DNA of 64,000 bases from Clostridiales bacterium (GTDB taxonomy: Bacteria > Bacillota > Clostridia > Christensenellales > UBA1242). The notes beneath the pieces were generated by a model. The model had not been told where the DNA came from. It ran no database searches and saw only the letters and a program-made list of their open reading frames with translations. Location: positions 62,534 to 126,533 of the forward strand of contig SVHS01000002.1 in NCBI GenBank assembly GCA_015055745.1, written 5' to 3'. Made by a program: the position numbers and the translations under genes. Below are positions 19,055 to 30,266 of this stretch, piece by piece; the first letter of the stretch is position 1; each line of letters begins with the position of its first letter.

Positions 19055-22000
19055 TATCTAATCCTCATCTTATTTCGTAATACTATTATCACCACAGTCA
19101 CGGTCACTACTACCACCACCACTACCACAATGATCACGATAGCCCAGACGTTTAGAGGCTCTGTGATAGTCACTTTGTAGTGATCCCAGATATTACCTGA
19201 TCCACTTTGTAACTTGATATAATAATCTCCCGCGCCATTTTCCTTAAATGAGATAGTCTTTGTCTGTAGAATATTAGGTCGATTTTCTTCAGTGATATGT
19301 GCTACTTCCATACCATTGACATATACATAGCATTCACCTATCTGCTCGTATAGGATAGCTGGATTGAACGATATAGTAAAGCTCTTATTTGTGCTTTCAC
19401 CCTTAGCTAAAGAACAGTCAATCTTTGGACTTTCACTATTTAATGTAAATGCCAAATCAATAGCTCGTGATGGATAAAAGTCATCTTTTACCACATATGT
19501 GATAGTAAATGTGAGCTTGCCCGCTGAGACTTTTAGATTATTTGCGTTTTCCATGATCTTCTCATATGTCACGAGCAAACCACCTATATCACTTGTCTTG
19601 ATCATAGACAAGAAATCTTCAGTCACATCTAAGTTTGTAGGATTTTTCACCTTCACGATATCATAGCCACTGAGTGCTGTCAAATCAATAGACGGTCTAG
19701 CCTCTTTTACGTTTAAGATAGTAAATCTTAGCTCTTTTACCAAATCATATGTCTGAGTACCGTCCCAGAATTGTCCAGTGATAGTCACCTTGTATGTACC
19801 AAACTCTGAGAAAATATAAGGATTAGTCGTTTGCTTTACTGTGTAATGTTCACCATTTCTAGTAGCAGTCACAGATATGCTAGATGTCACATATTTTGTG
19901 CTAGCATACACTTTGATAGTCACAGCACTATTATAATAAGCATTGTCAATAGGAGCGTGCTCATAAGCATAAGGCTCTCCTGTCTTTTCATCGACTTTAT
20001 CTACCACCGCCACCACGGCTACTTCTCTGAGTACCAATAGCTGTAATGTATCCAGTCCGTTAGAAAATTTGTGTACATTGCCAGCCTTGTCCAAAAATCT
20101 AAATGTATAATCACCATTTCCGATGATAGTATATGAGAAAGTGAATATCTCATCATCAGGATTGACATCAGTCATTACACATTCTTCTAAAAGAGTACCA
20201 TTGTAGCTTACTTCCAAGATGAGCTGATTTTTATTTAATAGCACATCACCTGTATTCAAGTAAGTACCATCTAGAGAAATAGTCACACTGCTGTCACTAC
20301 CGATGATAGAGTAGCTAGTAGTATCATCTTTTAGATAATTATTTTGTGCTGTAGAATCTTCTGTCTTGACTACACGAAGATTGCTTACCAATTCATCAGT
20401 TTCTTTTACTCTCAATATACCTAGGTATACTGTGAAAGTCTCACCCTTACTGATCTTATACATAGAGAAAGTATAGTCATCGTTGTCCTCTATAATCTCT
20501 TCGCCAGAGTTAGTCACATTTTCACTATCACTAAGTACTACTTGCAATTCATCACTGCTGATATATAGTGGGATAGATGATTTGATATCTCCCCATAAAT
20601 TCTCGATATTTGTTTGCATTTGAGATGTCAATTCTGATACTTTGTAGCTGGTATTAGAAAATACTGCCAATCCAGTTTCCACATTTCTTACATAATAGAT
20701 TTGATTATTGACAGCCTGCACTTCAAATGCATACACTCTATTACCCACATATTTTGACTCTTCTTCATTGGTCCATACTTCTACTACCAAGCGATAACGT
20801 CCACTACTTTCCGTAGCTGTATTGATGACATAGCTAGAGACATTATTTAGATTGATTTTTCTGTAGCCATTTTCTAGATTGGTGAAATCCTCCCTATACT
20901 CTTCCTTAATCTCATCATATAAGTAATACTTATAAACAAAATATTCACTATCTTCCTTCACCCAAGATAAATTCATGATGCCTGATGATGTACTATCTGT
21001 CTGTACTGTCGTATCATAATACTCTGCATTATAATACTCGACCATATCCTTCTTTGTACCCTTGGTATCTCTTAGATTTACTTCTCCGATAGTATTGTCT
21101 ATAGTGATATTGTATATCTGTTCAGTTTCTTCGCCATACTTGATTATCACCTTAAATTGATATACTCCCTGATTTCCACTCAAGAAGTCTCCACCACAGA
21201 AAACAATATTCCCCTCATCATTGATTGTTATGTATTCTACATCGTTATTCCATGTGACCCAGTTTTCACCATTTTTTCTATATTCAATACTATATGTAAA
21301 CAACGTCTCGTCTACTGATAGTGTAGCACTGGTATAAGCGTAATAGTCATAATTTGAATGCATTGATTCACCATTACCAGCAAACTCTATACTATAAAAT
21401 TCTTTTCCAGCTGTGTTAAATCTCATTGACTTTGTATCGCCAGTGATATCTGTCATGGAGATTTGATATGTAGTATTTTCCAAACAAAGTAGTTCAGTTT
21501 TGCCCAATGGTGTAGTATCGTCTCCTAAACAATATTCTATATTACCATCATCATTGATATTTCCATTGTAGGTTTCTTCTACATCGTCACCGTCTTTATT
21601 TTTATATTTCACCACTATCTTAGTAGCATAGTACCAAATCTTATCTTCTTCGTTATATCTATTGGCTCCGTTTAGATTGATATAATATGTTTCTTTGTCA
21701 TCTACAGTTTTCTTCTCTATCAATTGGTTAATATCTAAATCTTTAATCTTATTTGCGTCATATTTATTGATAGAAATGCTTGGATATTTTGCTATGATAT
21801 TTACTTTATCTTCTTTGGTCTCCACTCCTCTATAATAAATAGTAAAAGCATAGTTTCCTGGAGTAGCGTCATTCAACAACTTTTCAATATCTTTCTGTAA
21901 AACTTTTGTGTCTGTATTGGCAAATGTATTGATACCAGTTTTTTCACCAGTAGACGCATTTGATAATTCTATCCTGATAAAACAATCATTTGTCAATGTA

Positions 22001-25000
22001 TCTACATTTACACCATCTTCTTTTACTCCGAAGATATTATAAGTCTCTTTATTCATAGTAGTGCCGATAGAGATATTTCCACTTTTACCAGTAGTCATGT
22101 TAGCTGTGATAGTACCAGAGAATGACGTCTCACTATCACTATAATACACGATATACTGAGTCTGATTTCCTGCTGAGTCTATTTCGATCACTTCATAGTA
22201 GCCAGCACCATCAAACAATGTGTCAAATGTCATATTGTCAGCCACTGTGACAGAAGTATAACCACTCCTATATGGTAATGACAAAATATACTTCGAGATA
22301 TCACTGATAGCTTTACTTACATATATCTCTTTTATATCTTCAGTAGAGTAAGGTGTATCTTTAGTAGCTCTATAAGCAAATATTTTACCTATATCCTTAG
22401 TAGCTTCATAATATTTTGCATATTGATTGGTAAAGAATACTCGTGAATATGTCTCATGATAGCTATTTTCGTACATTGTATCAGTGCCAAATTGTGCATT
22501 GTAATATGATACTAAAGAGTCGCTGTCGTGTAAATTCTTCACATTGACGATCGGAGCTTCTCTATCTATTGTGATGGTATATGTAGTCTCATAAAAATCT
22601 ACAAGATTTCCACTTTCATCATAATAATGATAAGCCCTTAGAGTCGCATCATCTACTTTGTATCTAACTTTTACCACATAATACAAAGGCTTAGTCAAGC
22701 TATCTTCATCTATATTTCCTACTTCATCTCGCAATATAGTATCTAGATATACACTATATCCACCATTTGTATTATTTACTACTACTTTTTGTCCATTTGA
22801 TAAAGTACCAGCACCATTTAGAGTATACAAAGCTCCATCTTTCGTGGTGTCTATATAAGATTTGCTACCATTGTTATAATGTTGCTCTATCACTAGATAG
22901 TCAGGGTCTACCTGAGCATACTCTGTCACGTCAGTCTTATATGCCGGTATATCCAGCTTGAGATATTCTTGACTGACACTTACATTGTACTGATAATTTT
23001 CTTCACCAGTAGTGCCCACTTTATAAGAGTCTACAGCTTGTAGATTGTCACCTCTATTTCCATTTGTTATCTCTATCTCAGGTCCAACCTCATCTTTTGT
23101 GATCTCGAAGCCTAAGTAGATTTTATTTGTATTCTTATCAGTATCCAATACATTATCTGATATAGCTACAATATATCTACCTGGTAAATATATCCAATGA
23201 GCATTGTTTTGATCGATCACTAGTTTGTCCAATAAAGTGGTATTATGCTGATTTAGATAATTATATATATTTACAGTGAAATATCCTTTTGTGAGTTCGC
23301 CGATATCTCCTTCGAAGATTTTTTCAGTATCACCAGTCACCTGCTTATGAATATCATCAAAGTACACCGCGAAAGACAACCTACCTGCCTCATATCCAGC
23401 ACTGCTCTCATTTTCAGCGCTAAAATATTTACCAGCTGGGATACTTAACGTAGCAGGAAGCTTATTTGTAGTGAGATAGATACCGTATTCTTGATCCACG
23501 ATTTTGTCTGGAGCATAGCCAAATGTAGCAGTAGGCGCATTTGCTTGAGTAAAGTCATTGAAGCTAGTTTCTTGCTCCAATAGTCCTATCTGGATATTTT
23601 GACCTATACTTGTGCTGATAATGCCGTTTCTATCCACGATAAAATAATACTTTTTGGTTAGCTCATCGTGGTCAAGATGCGCTCCTTTATCTACATATGA
23701 CCTTGTGACTACATATAGACCAGGCTGGGTATTCACATCACTGCCACCAAATGATACAAATCCTCTATTTCCTACTTGCACTGCACCGTTTTGGAATAAG
23801 CTATTAGCAAACAAAGGCACATCTTTTCTACTTAGTGTATAAAAGTAAGTGTTTTTATTATATGAAGTAGTATCTAGAGTATAATAATCATATTTTACTT
23901 CTTTTACTTCGTAGTTTCCGCTACCGATATTCCACACGAACACCACTTTCGTTGAAGAAGTAGCTTTCGCCTCTGTGATACCACTGATTTCGCCATCGTC
24001 ACTACCTGTGTATAATCTTTTTGCCTTTGCTGTATCCCCACCATTTTCATCTGTATCAGCCATAGATATATTGAGAGTATCTGAATAAAAAGCCATACCT
24101 CTAGCATTGTCTGTATTGATCTCTATCTCCATAAAAGACGATGAATCATGAGGCTCGATCACCATAGAGCTATAAGTATGATTTTCTCCTATGATATACA
24201 GTGTCCTCACATATGAAGTATTAGCGGATTTTTCATAATTCAATGTACCTTTGTTTGATGCGATCGCATTGTCTATACTATCATCATCATATGCTACTAT
24301 GCCTTTATTCACTACAGTAAGATAAATGTCATTACCATTCTTTTGGAATAATTTAGCTAAGGCATTTTTATTATTATGATTTCCTTCATAATATTTATCA
24401 TCAAAGTTTAAATTGATGACCTTACTTATTTCATCATCTGCTGTAGTATTATCATCAGGTGTCACACCTAGCTTAAATGCTTTGTATTTTGCTATGTCAT
24501 AGTGAATTGTATCGTTAAACATTTGGAACTTTCCAGTCACAAATTCACTTTCGATATTGAAGTAAGCCTCAGTCCTATCTATCACTAGAGCATAATTGCA
24601 AGTATTTCCCGCCTGATCTGTAAGAGTGATAAAATATATACCCTGATCAAACAATATACAATCATCTTCTACCAATGCACGAGAGTCCGCTTTCCTAATC
24701 TCATACCCAGTCTGCACCTCTCCGAGTCCATAGTTTGTAGTAATCCAAGCCTCATTGTTTACATAAGTCGGTTTATCTGAGTTTACCTCGATAGGAGCAT
24801 AAGAATATTTCGCAGTGATGAGCGCTCCACTAGCCTTATTGTCCCATAGCATGGTCACATAAGAGTCAGTGATAGCATTGGTGATAGGCACATAGTCTCC
24901 ATATTTATCTTGAGCAAAAGCATAATGATTTTCACCATTGCTACTCTTCTCAGCTATCACATAAGGCACTACATTGCTGATATCTTGCTTATCAATAGTA

Positions 25001-27135
25001 AACATCTTGTATGTAGCAGATTCGCCTTCACCTTGTAGCCTGATAAGGTATTGTACATATTGACCGTCTTGTACATTTACACCTATAGGACCACCATTTG
25101 ATAAAGTATTTTCACTTAATGTCAACAGCTCTTCACGAGTCGCATATTTTTTGTTGGTGCTAGCATAATAATATCCCTTGACTTCTTTTTCAAAAATCTT
25201 AGGCTCTTCCCATGTCACAGTCACGCTAGTATTAGTGTAGCCATCACCACCTACATGATTGCCCTTTGTATCCACTACAGAGACATCGATAGTCTTGGCA
25301 GTAAACTCAAATGCAAATACTTGTCTATATGTTTTATTTGCACCACTAGCCTCTTTTCCGACGATCACATCTATAAATACCACATAATATCCAGTACTAT
25401 TGAATGATGTCTGATTTGTATATCGATTTCCTACACCGTCACTAAAGTCAGACTTTGCGCTAAAGATATAGAAGCTTGTATCAGCAAACTCACTATTTCC
25501 AGATAGAGACAATGAACCTTGATTTGTCTTTGGGACATTTATCCCTGATATGTCTAATGTAGATATGCTTGTCACTATATTATCTTTAGTCAAGTTTTTA
25601 AGCTCATCATCGTCATAGCCCAATCCCCTTAGCTGAGCATTGATAAGCGAATCTTCACTATCTTGATCATCGGCTACTCCATCGTCTAAGATCACTGTAC
25701 CTTCACGTTTAGTAGAAGGAATAGTCGTATACATAAAGCCTATCTTCTCGTCCTTAAATGCTGACATATCGCGACTTCTTTCATAGCCATTTGGCACAAA
25801 CAAATCCACACAATCACTAGCATGTGCACTAGTAGCCAATTCATAATACTTCATCTGCGCAGATTCAAAGCCAGCCTTAGAATAATCTAAATTAAATCCT
25901 TGGATATTCAATTTTTTATCCGGAATAGCCATATCGATATTTGGAGCATTATGAGCATTGTATCCATCGTAAATATATTCAAAATGGAATAAGTAAGTAC
26001 CCGGCTCAGTCAACATCACCGTAAGTAGATTTGTAGTATTATTATTTTTATATCTAGATAATTTTAAAGTTTCATATCTTGTACCTTCATTATTTGCAAT
26101 TTCACAGCTCAGATTAGCTTCACCCATGCCTAGATTTTGAGTGACAGTAGTATTGTAAGTATATGTCGTCACTTTTCTATTTGCAGTATGAGTATAGCTC
26201 ATCTTAAACTTTGTATAATCATATGTCAAAGTAGGATAAGATACAGTTTTGTCTGTATTGAAACCGTTTTGGCCGATATAATAGTTTACGTATTCTTCTC
26301 CACTAGCAGGAGTCTTGCTAAACTCCACCGAATTATTTTCGTCCCAGCCTAGGGTAGGCTCTGCCGTATAAGTGACTCCGTCGATATTTACTTTTTCAGT
26401 ATAAGAACTATTGAATATTAAATAAAAGCAGAATGTTTCTTCATATACTTGCTGATTGTTTTTAGAATATGTAAATGTAAATTCATAGTATCCTTCACTA
26501 GCGCTATCTTGAGTGATAAGATATGCAAAGTCTAGGTAAAGAGCGCCACTAATACTCACATTTCTCACTCCTGGTAAGTCCACATAGTCTAACTTTCCAT
26601 CTCCATTTATATCACCCCTGTTGAGAGTTATATTAAGGGTAGTCAATTCAGCCGTGATAGTATTATCAGCTATCTTCACTTCTGTCTTAACAGAATCTTT
26701 CTTCACCACATACTGACCTATAGACACCATCACCGCTTCTTGAGTGTTTGTATTCGTTTCTGACACATAATTATCTCCAGACTTGACATTGTCCAGCTTG
26801 ATAAACTGTCCATTGTCCACAACGGTCTTTGAATCATCACCATTTGCAATGTCACTAAAAGAATAAGAATCATCGTAATTGTAGAAAGTATTATCTCCAG
26901 TAAAACTAGAGCTGGTATCATTTGATTTTACTCTAACCTTCTCGACTGACATAATGATATCGTCGCCGTACAACGCACTAAAAGTCTTACCATCTACTGT
27001 GGTGATAGTAGACGCCGGCGCTGCATACACTCCGTTTCCCTTTGGCTTCACACCAAAGCTCAAACAAACACCAGCAGTAAACAATACTACTAATGTTAAC
27101 ATTAACTTTAGACTAAACTTAACTTTCCCCTTCAA
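19054..27135 (-). CDS. Giant (2693 aa) membrane-anchored surface protein with Ig-like modules
   Basis: Signal peptide ending VYA; recurring G.Y.....D.AGN......ID units; C-terminal TM followed by RNKMRIR. Confidence 0.8.
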   Translation of the reverse strand: MKGKVKFSLKLMLTLVVLFTAGVCLSFGVKPKGNGVYAAPASTITTVDGKTFSALYGDDIIMSVEKVRVKSNDTSSSFTGDNTFYNYDDSYSFSDIANGDDSKTVVDNGQFIKLDNVKSGDNYVSETNTNTQEAVMVSIGQYVVKKDSVKTEVKIADNTITAELTTLNITLNRGDINGDGKLDYVDLPGVRNVSISGALYLDFAYLITQDSASEGYYEFTFTYSKNNQQVYEETFCFYLIFNSSYTEKVNIDGVTYTAEPTLGWDENNSVEFSKTPASGEEYVNYYIGQNGFNTDKTVSYPTLTYDYTKFKMSYTHTANRKVTTYTYNTTVTQNLGMGEANLSCEIANNEGTRYETLKLSRYKNNNTTNLLTVMLTEPGTYLFHFEYIYDGYNAHNAPNIDMAIPDKKLNIQGFNLDYSKAGFESAQMKYYELATSAHASDCVDLFVPNGYERSRDMSAFKDEKIGFMYTTIPSTKREGTVILDDGVADDQDSEDSLINAQLRGLGYDDDELKNLTKDNIVTSISTLDISGINVPKTNQGSLSLSGNSEFADTSFYIFSAKSDFSDGVGNRYTNQTSFNSTGYYVVFIDVIVGKEASGANKTYRQVFAFEFTAKTIDVSVVDTKGNHVGGDGYTNTSVTVTWEEPKIFEKEVKGYYYASTNKKYATREELLTLSENTLSNGGPIGVNVQDGQYVQYLIRLQGEGESATYKMFTIDKQDISNVVPYVIAEKSSNGENHYAFAQDKYGDYVPITNAITDSYVTMLWDNKASGALITAKYSYAPIEVNSDKPTYVNNEAWITTNYGLGEVQTGYEIRKADSRALVEDDCILFDQGIYFITLTDQAGNTCNYALVIDRTEAYFNIESEFVTGKFQMFNDTIHYDIAKYKAFKLGVTPDDNTTADDEISKVINLNFDDKYYEGNHNNKNALAKLFQKNGNDIYLTVVNKGIVAYDDDSIDNAIASNKGTLNYEKSANTSYVRTLYIIGENHTYSSMVIEPHDSSSFMEIEINTDNARGMAFYSDTLNISMADTDENGGDTAKAKRLYTGSDDGEISGITEAKATSSTKVVFVWNIGSGNYEVKEVKYDYYTLDTTSYNKNTYFYTLSRKDVPLFANSLFQNGAVQVGNRGFVSFGGSDVNTQPGLYVVTRSYVDKGAHLDHDELTKKYYFIVDRNGIISTSIGQNIQIGLLEQETSFNDFTQANAPTATFGYAPDKIVDQEYGIYLTTNKLPATLSIPAGKYFSAENESSAGYEAGRLSFAVYFDDIHKQVTGDTEKIFEGDIGELTKGYFTVNIYNYLNQHNTTLLDKLVIDQNNAHWIYLPGRYIVAISDNVLDTDKNTNKIYLGFEITKDEVGPEIEITNGNRGDNLQAVDSYKVGTTGEENYQYNVSVSQEYLKLDIPAYKTDVTEYAQVDPDYLVIEQHYNNGSKSYIDTTKDGALYTLNGAGTLSNGQKVVVNNTNGGYSVYLDTILRDEVGNIDEDSLTKPLYYVVKVRYKVDDATLRAYHYYDESGNLVDFYETTYTITIDREAPIVNVKNLHDSDSLVSYYNAQFGTDTMYENSYHETYSRVFFTNQYAKYYEATKDIGKIFAYRATKDTPYSTEDIKEIYVSKAISDISKYILSLPYRSGYTSVTVADNMTFDTLFDGAGYYEVIEIDSAGNQTQYIVYYSDSETSFSGTITANMTTGKSGNISIGTTMNKETYNIFGVKEDGVNVDTLTNDCFIRIELSNASTGEKTGINTFANTDTKVLQKDIEKLLNDATPGNYAFTIYYRGVETKEDKVNIIAKYPSISINKYDANKIKDLDINQLIEKKTVDDKETYYINLNGANRYNEEDKIWYYATKIVVKYKNKDGDDVEETYNGNINDDGNIEYCLGDDTTPLGKTELLCLENTTYQISMTDITGDTKSMRFNTAGKEFYSIEFAGNGESMHSNYDYYAYTSATLSVDETLFTYSIEYRKNGENWVTWNNDVEYITINDEGNIVFCGGDFLSGNQGVYQFKVIIKYGEETEQIYNITIDNTIGEVNLRDTKGTKKDMVEYYNAEYYDTTVQTDSTSSGIMNLSWVKEDSEYFVYKYYLYDEIKEEYREDFTNLENGYRKINLNNVSSYVINTATESSGRYRLVVEVWTNEEESKYVGNRVYAFEVQAVNNQIYYVRNVETGLAVFSNTSYKVSELTSQMQTNIENLWGDIKSSIPLYISSDELQVVLSDSENVTNSGEEIIEDNDDYTFSMYKISKGETFTVYLGILRVKETDELVSNLRVVKTEDSTAQNNYLKDDTTSYSIIGSDSSVTISLDGTYLNTGDVLLNKNQLILEVSYNGTLLEECVMTDVNPDDEIFTFSYTIIGNGDYTFRFLDKAGNVHKFSNGLDTLQLLVLREVAVVAVVDKVDEKTGEPYAYEHAPIDNAYYNSAVTIKVYASTKYVTSSISVTATRNGEHYTVKQTTNPYIFSEFGTYKVTITGQFWDGTQTYDLVKELRFTILNVKEARPSIDLTALSGYDIVKVKNPTNLDVTEDFLSMIKTSDIGGLLVTYEKIMENANNLKVSAGKLTFTITYVVKDDFYPSRAIDLAFTLNSESPKIDCSLAKGESTNKSFTISFNPAILYEQIGECYVYVNGMEVAHITEENRPNILQTKTISFKENGAGDYYIKLQSGSGNIWDHYKVTITEPLNVWAIVIIVVVVVVVVTVTVVIIVLRNKMRIR

Positions 27136-27418
27136 AGTGATCCCCTTTTTATTTTCCCAAATCAGAGAGAAAATATTTGTATTTTGATATAAGAATTATA
27201 TCATATCAAAAAGTAAAAAACAAATAAATAATATTTATTTTTTAACATTTTCAAAAGCACTATACCATAGGGATAAATTCATTTTTTGAAAAATTAAAAA
27301 ATATTTATTCAAACAAATTACTTTATTTATTTTTATAATTTAATAAAAATTTTAAAAATTTATCAAAAATCAATAAAAAATACACCAAAAATAATGATTT
27401 TAGCGTATTTTTAAAAGT

Positions 27419-28855
27419 TTATATCAATTTTTCCACATCTTTTACAGTGACTAACTTCATAGTTTTAGCAAACTCTAAAGTATTGGCATCTATATAGTAA
27501 AAGTATACCCCATCGATCCTCTCCGTGATAAATTCATATGCAGATATCTCTGTTCCGCTGTCCAAACGGATAATGGCCTTGCTAGACTTGATCACAATAT
27601 AGTCAAATCCTAAGAGTTTTTCCGCTTCATCAACGCTAGCATTAAATTCTATTTCCCTATCCACATGATTTAAAGCATAATTTACTGCCTCAAAACCTAT
27701 AATCTCTTGAGCAGTCAAATCCACTTTCACTTTCACAAGATCAGGATACATGATCACACCATCAATCACTGGAGCTAAATTAATATATGCCACATTTTGA
27801 TTGACTTCTTGCCATACACTTTCCATACTCTCAAATCCAATGTTGTTTGCAAAATTTTTAGCCATTTCTTGAGCTTCTTCTTTAGATATTATAGGGTCCC
27901 CGCCTTCCGCATATCCTGAAATAGTAATCAATAATCCACCACGCTTGCTGACCTGAGCATTAAATTTTTTATCATCAACACTCACTTCATAGTCATACGT
28001 AGAAATATCACCATTTGTCTCTTGCAAAAATGAGATTTCCACATCTTTTCGATTGCTGTACACAGTGTTTTGTAGATAATTTCTTGCTTCCGCTTCCGTT
28101 ATTTCTTTTTCTGGTAAACCTTTTACCTCAGCAGTCTCCAATGCTGTAGAAAATGGCCCATCAAATATCATAGACGGATATTCTATAGCTTCACTCGTAA
28201 GATTTCCCATACCCGCAGAAAGTTCATTCATTCCAGTACCATCAAACACACTTGCATCTACAAAATTAAAATTACTATCATACATTCCAAAGCTTTGCTC
28301 ATTAAAATTTGACTTTATTTCTCCTACCACGATAGCAATTCTATCAAACAATAACTCTTGTTCTACAGTCAAATCTTCACCCTTATTTAATACAGTAGAA
28401 TACGCTTCACACACCCCATTTACTTGATTGAAAAATTTTGTGGCAGACACTACATTTTCCTCATCTATGGGTAGCACACTGAGTCCAGCCAAGATATAAT
28501 TACAGTCTTGCATCATATCTTGCATTGTGCTAAGTTTTGATTGTTTTGTATTAAGAGTAGCATACTTTGACAAATCCACTGCTAGATTGTTTACATTGTC
28601 CACCATAGAATAATAGCTGGCAGTATACACTCCTTCCAATACATTCGCATTTTGTTTGCTAGAATTATATATCTGATAATATGCAATTAATACACAAGTC
28701 AAAATAATCAACAAGCTCACTATAGTCACTATCAATACTGGGATTATTTTTTGTGCATTACTTTTTTGTTTTGTTTTTTTATCTTCATTTACTTTTGACT
28801 GATTATTTTCTTTTGCCTCATTATAATCAACACTTGTAATCTTTTTATTGTCCAT
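27419..28855 (-). CDS. ypeB: Germination protein YpeB (PepSY domains)
   Basis: N-terminal TM, YPSMIFDGPFS, VIMYPDLVKVKV, YIDA; follows sleB. Confidence 0.92.
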   Translation of the reverse strand: MDNKKITSVDYNEAKENNQSKVNEDKKTKQKSNAQKIIPVLIVTIVSLLIILTCVLIAYYQIYNSSKQNANVLEGVYTASYYSMVDNVNNLAVDLSKYATLNTKQSKLSTMQDMMQDCNYILAGLSVLPIDEENVVSATKFFNQVNGVCEAYSTVLNKGEDLTVEQELLFDRIAIVVGEIKSNFNEQSFGMYDSNFNFVDASVFDGTGMNELSAGMGNLTSEAIEYPSMIFDGPFSTALETAEVKGLPEKEITEAEARNYLQNTVYSNRKDVEISFLQETNGDISTYDYEVSVDDKKFNAQVSKRGGLLITISGYAEGGDPIISKEEAQEMAKNFANNIGFESMESVWQEVNQNVAYINLAPVIDGVIMYPDLVKVKVDLTAQEIIGFEAVNYALNHVDREIEFNASVDEAEKLLGFDYIVIKSSKAIIRLDSGTEISAYEFITERIDGVYFYYIDANTLEFAKTMKLVTVKDVEKLI

Positions 28856-28959
28856 AATTTCTCCTTGTTTATTTTTAGAAAATTATTTAAAAATTTATTA
28901 AATATTATATTTTTTAATAAAAATAATTAATTTTTTATTATTTTTTTAATATTTTTTTA

Positions 28960-29658
28960 TTACACAGCAAATACATGCTTTCCTATCTGTGTCACTTTTT
29001 TAGTGGTCCATATCCACTTGCTAGTAGCAGTAGCTGGATTGTAATAATACACACAGCCGTAAGTAGGATCCCAACCATTTAACGCATCATCAGCCGCCTG
29101 ATATGCTGTCTGATTTGGCTCTAGATTTATCTGTCCATCATTCACTGCTGTAAAAGCCCATGGTTGATAGATTACTCCTGCCACAGTATTTGGAAATCTA
29201 CTATCTTCTACACGATTTAATACCACAGCACCAATAGCCACTTGACCAGTATAACTTTCTCCTCTAGCCTCAGCATAGATAACTTTCGCTAATAGGTATC
29301 TATCATTGCTATTATAATTTGAACTACTAGTAGTATTCTTCACACTCAAACCCATTTTTGCTGCAGTAAGTGGACCTACTATACCGTCTTGCGTTAGCCC
29401 ATATCTTTTTTGGAAAGCTTTGACAGCAGCCTTTGTCTTTGGTCCGTTTATACCATCTACATTACCTTTATAATATCCCCATTTTTTTAGTCTTTTTTGC
29501 ACCTCTGTGGTGTCTGCCGTCGCTGCAGACACAGTATCCAGTGTAGCAATGGTTTCTACAACCTCAGACTGATGAGGAGCATTTACCGCTCCGACACTAG
29601 TCGCCACACCTAATAGTCCGCATACTAGCACCATCATAAATATCATCATTTTTTTCAT
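28960..29658 (-). CDS. sleB: Spore cortex-lytic enzyme SleB
   Basis: Signal peptide, PG-binding domain, LLAKVIYAEARGESYTGQVAIGAVVLNRV, YYYNP. Confidence 0.95.
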   Translation of the reverse strand: MKKMMIFMMVLVCGLLGVATSVGAVNAPHQSEVVETIATLDTVSAATADTTEVQKRLKKWGYYKGNVDGINGPKTKAAVKAFQKRYGLTQDGIVGPLTAAKMGLSVKNTTSSSNYNSNDRYLLAKVIYAEARGESYTGQVAIGAVVLNRVEDSRFPNTVAGVIYQPWAFTAVNDGQINLEPNQTAYQAADDALNGWDPTYGCVYYYNPATATSKWIWTTKKVTQIGKHVFAV

Positions 29659-29667
29659 AATCTCTCC

Positions 29668-30189
29668 CTAATTAAACAAATAATCAAACCATTCAGCGAT
29701 TTTTGATTTATATTTAATTTGGATATTGTTTTCGTTTTTATTCACAAAACATAAAGGCGGATACATCACACACCACCAATTATCACCCTCAGCTTCACCA
29801 AGCTCCACTATCACAGCATCATAATACCCAGATTCAAGCGTCGTATTACTGTATGTCCTAGTCGGAAAATACTCATTAGAGACTTTTATATTTACACTAT
29901 AATTAAAACCTTTGTTTCTTAAAATTTGATCACATTTTTTGGACAATTCCACACTCTTTTCTTCCACTACTTGTATTGCTTTTTCTTTGCTCTCTATATT
30001 GCAAAACTCAGGAGTTAAATACTCCACCAAAAAAGCCTTTATTTCATACTTGACACTCTGATCCACTGCACTATTGCTATTCGCTCTTATATGTAGTCTT
30101 AGATAATCATATTCTTCTTTTTGAGGAACACACAAGGCACCCACTATCACAAACATCACCAAACAAATAACATAAATAAATTTTTTCAT
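29668..30189 (-). CDS. spoIIR: Stage II sporulation protein R
   Basis: RLHIRANSNS..DQ.VK, FPTRTY, GEAEGDNWWCVMYPPLC; start moved to the signal peptide MKKFIY. Confidence 0.93.
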   Translation of the reverse strand: MKKFIYVICLVMFVIVGALCVPQKEEYDYLRLHIRANSNSAVDQSVKYEIKAFLVEYLTPEFCNIESKEKAIQVVEEKSVELSKKCDQILRNKGFNYSVNIKVSNEYFPTRTYSNTTLESGYYDAVIVELGEAEGDNWWCVMYPPLCFVNKNENNIQIKYKSKIAEWFDYLFN

Positions 30190-30266
30190 ATCTAGATAAT
30201 CGGTAGAAAAAATAAAAAAATACGCAAATTTTATGCGTATTTTGATGGTTTTTTGTAAATTTTTAT

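Noticed and set aside
27190-27418. Extremely AT-rich spacers (also 28860-28960 and 44940-45190) as secondary origins
   Set aside because: They carry no DnaA-box clusters; such spacers recur through the window and look like background.
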